Virus record (IMG/VR): IMGVR_UViG_3300009370_000022
DNA length: 20,000 nucleotides
Direction: 5' to 3' (one strand)
Origin: an uncultured virus (IMG/VR IMGVR_UViG_3300009370_000022)
Lineage: Duplodnaviria; Heunggongvirae; Uroviricota; Caudoviricetes
Numbering within the stretch: position 1 is the first letter of the stretch; every line of letters begins with the position of its first letter. Position numbers and translations under genes: made by a program. Below are positions 15,614 through 20,000 of the stretch, piece after piece. The notes beneath the pieces are model-generated. The model made no database searches, was not told the DNA's origin, and saw only the letters and a program-made list of their open reading frames with translations.

Positions 15614-16167
15614 ATTTTAGTTTCTCCGGCTTCAATTGTTTTAAAGTCATACAGTGTTAAAGCATAAGCAATAACACTCATTTCATAGTGAGTATGATCA
15701 TCGAATATAAATCTCGTTCCGCGTCTACTTCTATTAGCGAACCAGATCGCTTCGGTCATGACATCTTTACTTAGGTGGGGACCATCGAAGAAAACTAAAT
15801 CAAACGGTCCCATCTCTGGGTGACTATTCATAAATTTAATATCGGTCATGTGATGAAACTTAAATTCTGGATAATTTTTAAAATCTATTTCCATTTGTTG
15901 ACGCATGTCATCAGTATAATCGGCAGTGTACGAAGGTGAATCATCGTAGTGTTTATACTTAAGATTGTTATAAGGATCGATAGCTATATGTTTATAGGGA
16001 ATTCCAGGAAGTCTTGCCTTGATTCCATCCATAATAATCTTAGATCCTAATCCTTCACGCACACCAATTTCACAAGTTAAAACTTGTGCTGGTGATTCAC
16101 TATAAAAAGGTACTGTCTTTACCCATTCAGTGAGTAATTCATATTCTTTACTATCACCGCTTATCAT
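15592..16167 (-). CDS. Class I SAM-dependent methyltransferase (Methyltransf_24-like)
   Basis: CEIGVREGLGS motif I, IAIDPY, FDLVFFDGPH, FIFDD. Confidence 0.85.
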   Translation of the reverse strand: MISGDSKEYELLTEWVKTVPFYSESPAQVLTCEIGVREGLGSKIIMDGIKARLPGIPYKHIAIDPYNNLKYKHYDDSPSYTADYTDDMRQQMEIDFKNYPEFKFHHMTDIKFMNSHPEMGPFDLVFFDGPHLSKDVMTEAIWFANRSRRGTRFIFDDHTHYEMSVIAYALTLYDFKTIEAGETKICLEKKK

Positions 16168-16220
16168 TTTGTATTATCCATTTCAGTGTTGAAGTAGTGG
16201 GATCCAACCCATCAAAATGT

Positions 16221-16442
16221 TTACTGCAGCTTAGTAGCATCACCTGTAACAGGATCAACATAATCATCAGGTTTAATAGACGGGGGCTCATATATATAAA
16301 ATTCTCCTTCCGAATCACAGTCCCAACATTGGTGGACATTAGACTCCTTTGGATCTTCTTCATCCTTTATTTTCACATAGCCATTGCCATTACACGTAGA
16401 ACAAATGGCCTTGTGAATTCTATTTGCTTTTATTTTTGCCAT
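16221..16442 (-). CDS. DnaJ-type zinc-finger small protein
   Basis: CSTCNGNG...CWDCDSEG. Confidence 0.8.
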   Translation of the reverse strand: MAKIKANRIHKAICSTCNGNGYVKIKDEEDPKESNVHQCWDCDSEGEFYIYEPPSIKPDDYVDPVTGDATKLQ

Positions 16443-16593
16443 TTAACTTTTTGGCTTTCTCATTAGCAATTTGCTCAATGGTTTTACTGATTGATAACTT
16501 TGCATCAGGTAATAAAACCTTCGACAAACTAATCAATGTCTTGTATGTTTCGTGTGTTAACGAAACATTTCTATATTTGGTAATATCAGTCAT
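16420..16593 (-). CDS. Ribbon-helix-helix-like DNA-binding protein
   Basis: YRNVSLTHETYKTLISLS...SISKTIEQI strand-helix-helix pattern; AAGGA SD before MTD at 16593. Confidence 0.6.
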   Translation of the reverse strand: MTDITKYRNVSLTHETYKTLISLSKVLLPDAKLSISKTIEQIANEKAKKLNGKNKSK

Positions 16594-16618
16594 AGTTCCT
16601 TTCATTTATTTCTGATGA

Positions 16619-16646
16619 CTATATAGGATTAAACTGGGTATTGTCA
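16619..16646 (-). promoter_or_regulatory. sigma70-type promoter (TTGACA ... TATATAGT)
   Basis: Minus strand TTGACAatacccagtttaatccTATATAGT upstream of the RHH-like gene. Confidence 0.6.
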
Positions 16647-16648
16647 AG

Positions 16649-16894
16649 ATGAAATTTATATTAAGTATGATTATTTGCACAAGTGTTTATAATACTTGTT
16701 TATCACCCCATCCAATGCCTGATTTATATGGCTCCTACTATAATTGTATAATAGCTGGATATGAAGAATCCCTTAGGAAAGCTAAGGAGATAGGGGCTCC
16801 AGAGATTAATAAGTATGGAATCGTTATAAAATTCTATTGTTTACCCCTGGAACAACATGAAAAAAAAATTGACATAAAGGTGGATACGTGGTAG
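16649..16894 (+). CDS. Small Cys-containing, possibly exported protein (81 aa)
   Basis: ORF track; hydrophobic N-terminus, 4 Cys; the only + strand gene in this block. Confidence 0.7.
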   Translation: MKFILSMIICTSVYNTCLSPHPMPDLYGSYYNCIIAGYEESLRKAKEIGAPEINKYGIVIKFYCLPLEQHEKKIDIKVDTW

Positions 16895-16947
16895 GGCTCA
16901 GTTTTCCCTTCACACCCGTCAAAACTATTCTTGTTGCGATGGGTTTA

Positions 16948-17160
16948 TTATCTACAAATACATCCAAAAAAATCACCACTACCATCATTCATCACGTGAG
17001 CGTTGATAGAGTCAGTATATGTTGTTAATTTTAACCTTAAAATCTCACACAATTCAAAACAATTAACTGGACTCATTAACTCTATGCCAGCCGTGAGTTG
17101 TTTTGTTACGGGTACGAGATGGTACAGGCCATCAGTTAAGATGATTAGATCCATTCTCAA
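16948..17160 (-). CDS. Hypothetical protein (70 aa)
   Basis: ORF track; CFELC and C-terminal GCIC. Confidence 0.7.
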   Translation of the reverse strand: MRMDLIILTDGLYHLVPVTKQLTAGIELMSPVNCFELCEILRLKLTTYTDSINAHVMNDGSGDFFGCICR

Positions 17161-17339
17161 TCTCGTGCATCATATCTTTTGGTGCCCTGATTTATAATTT
17201 TTTTATAACGAGCAGTGCTTATTTCTAATTTAGCAAAAGGTTTCCATGCTTGTTTTATCAAATTTAATTCAAGAACCAAGGCAGACCATTGCTTGGGTGT
17301 AATATTTTTACTTTTTATTATTAACTTTTTCTCTTTCAT
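17157..17339 (-). CDS. Hypothetical protein (60 aa), probably leaderless
   Basis: Track ORF 17157..17396; promoter TTGACA-N17-TATATA ends 6 nt before ATG 17339 (MKEKKLII). Confidence 0.7.
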   Translation of the reverse strand: MKEKKLIIKSKNITPKQWSALVLELNLIKQAWKPFAKLEISTARYKKIINQGTKRYDARD

Positions 17340-17370
17340 AACTGATATATAGGATATCAGAGGATATTTG

Positions 17371-17514
17371 TCAACGTCCTTTTCTACCTTTTCCACGATA
17401 TTTTCCCATTCTTTTTTCGTGCTTATTTCTACGTTTTTTATGCCTTCCAGGCCTTTTTCTAGGCTGGTCGCGTAGAGGTTTAGTAACTATTCCGAATTTA
17501 GCTCTGCGGCCCAT
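17371..17514 (-). CDS. Very basic 47-aa peptide
   Basis: Hand-translated MGRRAKFGIVTKPLRDQPRKRPGRHKKRRNKHEKRMGKYRGKGRKGR. Confidence 0.7.
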   Translation of the reverse strand: MGRRAKFGIVTKPLRDQPRKRPGRHKKRRNKHEKRMGKYRGKGRKGR

Positions 17515-17728
17515 CTTTTGGTAGAGAAGGTTTACTACACATAATAGGTAAATAACTTATTTTGCCATTAATATATTGTCTACAATCAGCACCACACGTT
17601 GTGCATCTAAATATTTCTGGAGTAAGAGATACAAAAATACTTAATTCCGTGCAATGAGGGCAAGTCCCATTAGTGACTTGAGCTTCCACATTTATTTTAC
17701 TTCCGAAGGGTCCTTGTCCGAATGCCAT
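17498..17728 (-). CDS. Zinc-ribbon protein (76 aa)
   Basis: CPHC...CTTCG. Confidence 0.8.
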   Translation of the reverse strand: MAFGQGPFGSKINVEAQVTNGTCPHCTELSIFVSLTPEIFRCTTCGADCRQYINGKISYLPIMCSKPSLPKDGPQS

Positions 17729-17826
17729 CTTTTTTTCCTATTATATGCTTTCTTATTCTTTACCACAAGTTGACGGTAACGTCTATCTCTTAAAAACTTT
17801 GCTATTGGATTTTTCTTTTTAGTCAA
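17692..17826 (-). CDS. ArfA-like basic peptide (44 aa)
   Basis: TTG start; MTKKKNPIAKFLRDRRYRQLVVKNKKAYNRKKRW; aligns by eye with E. coli ArfA [29 protein letters not shown]. Confidence 0.6.
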   Translation of the reverse strand: MTKKKNPIAKFLRDRRYRQLVVKNKKAYNRKKRWHSDKDPSEVK

Positions 17827-18034
17827 GGATTAATGAGAGAATTTTCTTCTCGCCCATATATATCTCGGTCTTAGCCTTAGATTTTATGCATTTATAGACC
17901 ACTCTATCTGTTGGCTTCTTGTCCCTCATCGATATACGCTTGGCCTTAAGGCATTTGGAGAGGCTGGGCTGGATACGATGTTCTTTAATTTCATGGTCCC
18001 AGATTAAAAGCAGGGCGAACACAGTCTCTATCAT
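17819..18034 (-). CDS. Hypothetical protein (71 aa)
   Basis: ORF track; ATGA overlap upstream; two Cys. Confidence 0.75.
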   Translation of the reverse strand: MIETVFALLLIWDHEIKEHRIQPSLSKCLKAKRISMRDKKPTDRVVYKCIKSKAKTEIYMGEKKILSLILD

Positions 18035-18445
18035 TGATGACCTCCATTTCCATTAGCAAATGTTCTTTGCTTATCTTTTAATTTTTCAATGTCAGATAAT
18101 ATCTTCTCTACGTCTTTTTGTAAACGTTCTATGTTAACGGTATTTGACATCATATCCTCCATCGAAGATTCTATTTTTTCTACTTGCCCACTCATATGTT
18201 CGATCAACATGAACTGCTCAGAATCAGCGGGGTAAGGATCCGAGTAATCCACGAGGCCATCCGATACGGAAAGCTGTGTTTTCTACGAGATCCTTCTCCA
18301 TTAGTTCTAGTTTTGTTGAGTGTCGATTTTGCGTCTCAATGATACCGAAGTAAGCCCAGGTCCCGATCGCAACCAGCGCGATCAACGAGGCGACCGTCTT
18401 CATAGGCATTTGAACTTTTGCTTCGTCTGAAATTTTGAGTGCCAT
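18031..18445 (-). pseudogene. TM plus coiled-coil protein split by a 1-nt insertion (or sequencing error)
   Basis: Track ORFs 18224..18445 and 18031..18252 fuse (...GLLGSLP|ADSEQFMLIE...) on removing one base from the G4 run at 18229-18232. Confidence 0.7.
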
Positions 18446-18446
18446 C

Positions 18447-18602
18447 TTAATTACAGTTCATTTTATCTAGGTCAGCTGGTTTATCTTTATAAAACCAGAC
18501 CCAAGATTGAATTTTAGTTCCTTCTTGGGTGTATGTGCATTTAGGTCCAATTGAACATGAACTTAATGCAAATACTACGACTATAAGAAATATTGTTTTC
18601 AT
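18447..18602 (-). CDS. Small lipoprotein (51 aa; o-spanin-like candidate)
   Basis: Hand-translated MKTIFLIVVVFALSS-CSIGPKCTYTQEG...; lipobox LSSC; TAATG overlap. Confidence 0.75.
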   Translation of the reverse strand: MKTIFLIVVVFALSSCSIGPKCTYTQEGTKIQSWVWFYKDKPADLDKMNCN

Positions 18603-18859
18603 TAGTTATAATTATATCCTGTTGAGGGTTGATTTGATTCTAGAGCTTCAAATAATTTTTTATGTTGTTCCATGATTTCTTCATCAGAGTCCATCATTTT
18701 ATCCATTTTATCTTGTAGCTTCTCGACTCTTACTTCTAGTTTCTGTACTTTATCTTCATGTACTGCCTGGATAGTTGACAGTTCAAAAGTTCTAGATAGA
18801 CTCCAGCCGGCTAAGGCCAACAAGATTCCAACAAGTAAAGTCATTAATTTTTCAATCAT
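18602..18859 (-). CDS. N-terminal TM plus coiled-coil protein (i-spanin-like candidate)
   Basis: MIEKLMTLLVGILLALAGWSLSRTFELS followed by heptads. Confidence 0.75.
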   Translation of the reverse strand: MIEKLMTLLVGILLALAGWSLSRTFELSTIQAVHEDKVQKLEVRVEKLQDKMDKMMDSDEEIMEQHKKLFEALESNQPSTGYNYN

Positions 18860-19106
18860 GTTTGCTCCATTTCCAGCTCTGAGTTATAAACTTTTTTTCC
18901 TGCAGCTTATCGTTCTTAGAGTCTGTTGCAGTTGTACCATACTCTATTTTTGTTTCATTTGGAACCATTTTGTAATTACATCCAACTAAAAGAACTAAGA
19001 CCAATGCTAGGCCAATTATCAAAGCCTGTACCGCCTTTTCAGTTGTCTGATTTCTTTTTCTTGCTTCTCTTCTTTTTTTTAATAGTTTTAATGTCTTGAA
19101 TTTCAT
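18852..19106 (-). CDS. Putative lipoprotein
   Basis: Within track ORF 18852..19229; likely start MKFK at 19106; basic n-region, ALIIGLALVLVLLVG-C lipobox. Confidence 0.6.
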   Translation of the reverse strand: MKFKTLKLLKKRREARKRNQTTEKAVQALIIGLALVLVLLVGCNYKMVPNETKIEYGTTATDSKNDKLQEKKFITQSWKWSKHD

Positions 19107-19233
19107 TTTCAATCCTCGATACTTTTTCTTTAATAAGGACCATATCTTGGGAGAGGGAGAAGGTGCGTGAAAGCGTCCATCCGCCGAGAGCAATGAGAAT
19201 AGCAAGAAGTGCGGTGATGATTTTGTCATGCAT
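19039..19233 (-). CDS. N-terminal TM plus coiled-coil protein, paralogue of 18602..18859
   Basis: MHDKIITALLAILIALGGWTLSRTFSLS. Confidence 0.75.
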   Translation of the reverse strand: MHDKIITALLAILIALGGWTLSRTFSLSQDMVLIKEKVSRIENEIQDIKTIKKKKRSKKKKSDN

Positions 19234-19399
19234 GTTTTACCTCATTCTCATAGGATATATCATTCCCATGATCCTTTTCTTTTTCATAAGTTCTTTTACA
19301 TTCACAATTCTCACAAGTGCATACGTCGCCATCATAGTGGTGTGTGTGAAGGTCGCCGTCGCAGTGACAATTGCAGTGACATTTTTTACATTTACTCAT
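19226..19399 (-). CDS. Metallothionein-like Cys/His-rich peptide (57 aa)
   Basis: MSKCKKCHCNCHCDGDLHTHHYDGDVCTCENCECK...; 9 Cys, 7 His; GAGGA SD. Confidence 0.7.
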   Translation of the reverse strand: MSKCKKCHCNCHCDGDLHTHHYDGDVCTCENCECKRTYEKEKDHGNDISYENEVKHA

Positions 19400-20000
19400 T
19401 TTTCTTTTCCTCAATTTTGTAGAAGAATCTATCAGTGTCTTCGGTTTTCCATTTACCTGTGTCTTCTACATTCCATTCAGATGTTTGAACCTTCCAGTCG
19501 GGTACTTCGTTCCTTACCGTGAATGAAGGTATATCCCAAAGTATACGATTGTTAGGTTGTGCTGCATAATTTCCATCCTCTAGAGCGAGAATGTGTGCGC
19601 ACTTATGTTCGTGCGGAATTTCTGAATGATCAGTATCTACTATATTACTCTCTGGGTGTGCCCAGTCAACCGTAAAAAGGTATGCACCTGGATGTAATTT
19701 TTTATCTTTTCCAAAAAATTTACCTGATTGTCCGTCTAGGATATCAAAAGAAGTGACAGCAGGATAATAACTAAAACAATTCCAAAGCTCCAGCTCGTCA
19801 AGTCGCATCCGAGGTACTTCTTTGACATCAAATCCTCTTTGAATGAAGGCTGAAATAGGGAGACGATAGAACACAGCACCATTCTCCATAACAGCATGAA
19901 AGAGGATAGGACGTCCTGTAATAGACGCCAGGCCAAAAATAATGCAGTCTTCAACTTCTCCATGGTGTTCTTTAAGATCATAGAGATATTCTCTCCTGAT
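19392..20000 (-). CDS. Phage protein of unknown function (start lies beyond the window)
   Basis: Frame is open from 20000 (IRREYLYDLKEHHGEVEDCIIFG...) through the track ORF; EHKCAHIL..DGNYAAQPNNR. Confidence 0.85.
   Translation of the reverse strand: MRREYLYDLKEHHGEVEDCIIFGLASITGRPILFHAVMENGAVFYRLPISAFIQRGFDVKEVPRMRLDELELWNCFSYYPAVTSFDILDGQSGKFFGKDKKLHPGAYLFTVDWAHPESNIVDTDHSEIPHEHKCAHILALEDGNYAAQPNNRILWDIPSFTVRNEVPDWKVQTSEWNVEDTGKWKTEDTDRFFYKIEEKKNE

Noticed and set aside
19736..19981. Alternative-frame ORF (also 11879..12091, 14114..14374, 16154..16363)
   Set aside because: Nested out of frame in stronger genes. The 3' part of 16154..16363 (LLQVMLLSC) could be a short lipoprotein, but its start is uncertain.

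Overview
AT-rich fragment of a tailed dsDNA phage genome. No host genes, rRNA or integrase are visible. The gene set and composition resemble marine SAR11/Pelagibacter-type podoviruses; that assignment is inference from recalled family resemblance, not a search. Left part (minus strand): the terminase large subunit is followed, through 1-nt TAATG stop/start overlaps, by three large proteins. These carry recurring [AQ]xGG(R)xG motifs and, in turn, a zincin HEXXH motif, an ADP-ribosyltransferase-like module and an HNH-like motif. Middle (about 7.5-12.6 kb): a divergently transcribed early-type module with several TTGACA...TAGGAT promoters, heptamer arrays, a GP88-like Cys-rich protein, a VRR-NUC-like nuclease and a ~480-nt non-coding tract of abutting hairpins. 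Two of those hairpins share the closing stem CTGATCCC-T...T-GGGATCAG around unrelated 37-38 nt loops. Next come the terminase small subunit (+) and an iteron-like 11-bp-phased inverted array (13.68-13.86 kb). The right part is a minus-strand run of small genes: PD-(D/E)XK nuclease, free-standing LAGLIDADG protein, SAM methyltransferase, Zn fingers, RHH-like protein, an unannotated ArfA-like ORF, duplicated TM-coiled-coil plus lipoprotein pairs, a frameshifted gene and a metallothionein-like peptide.
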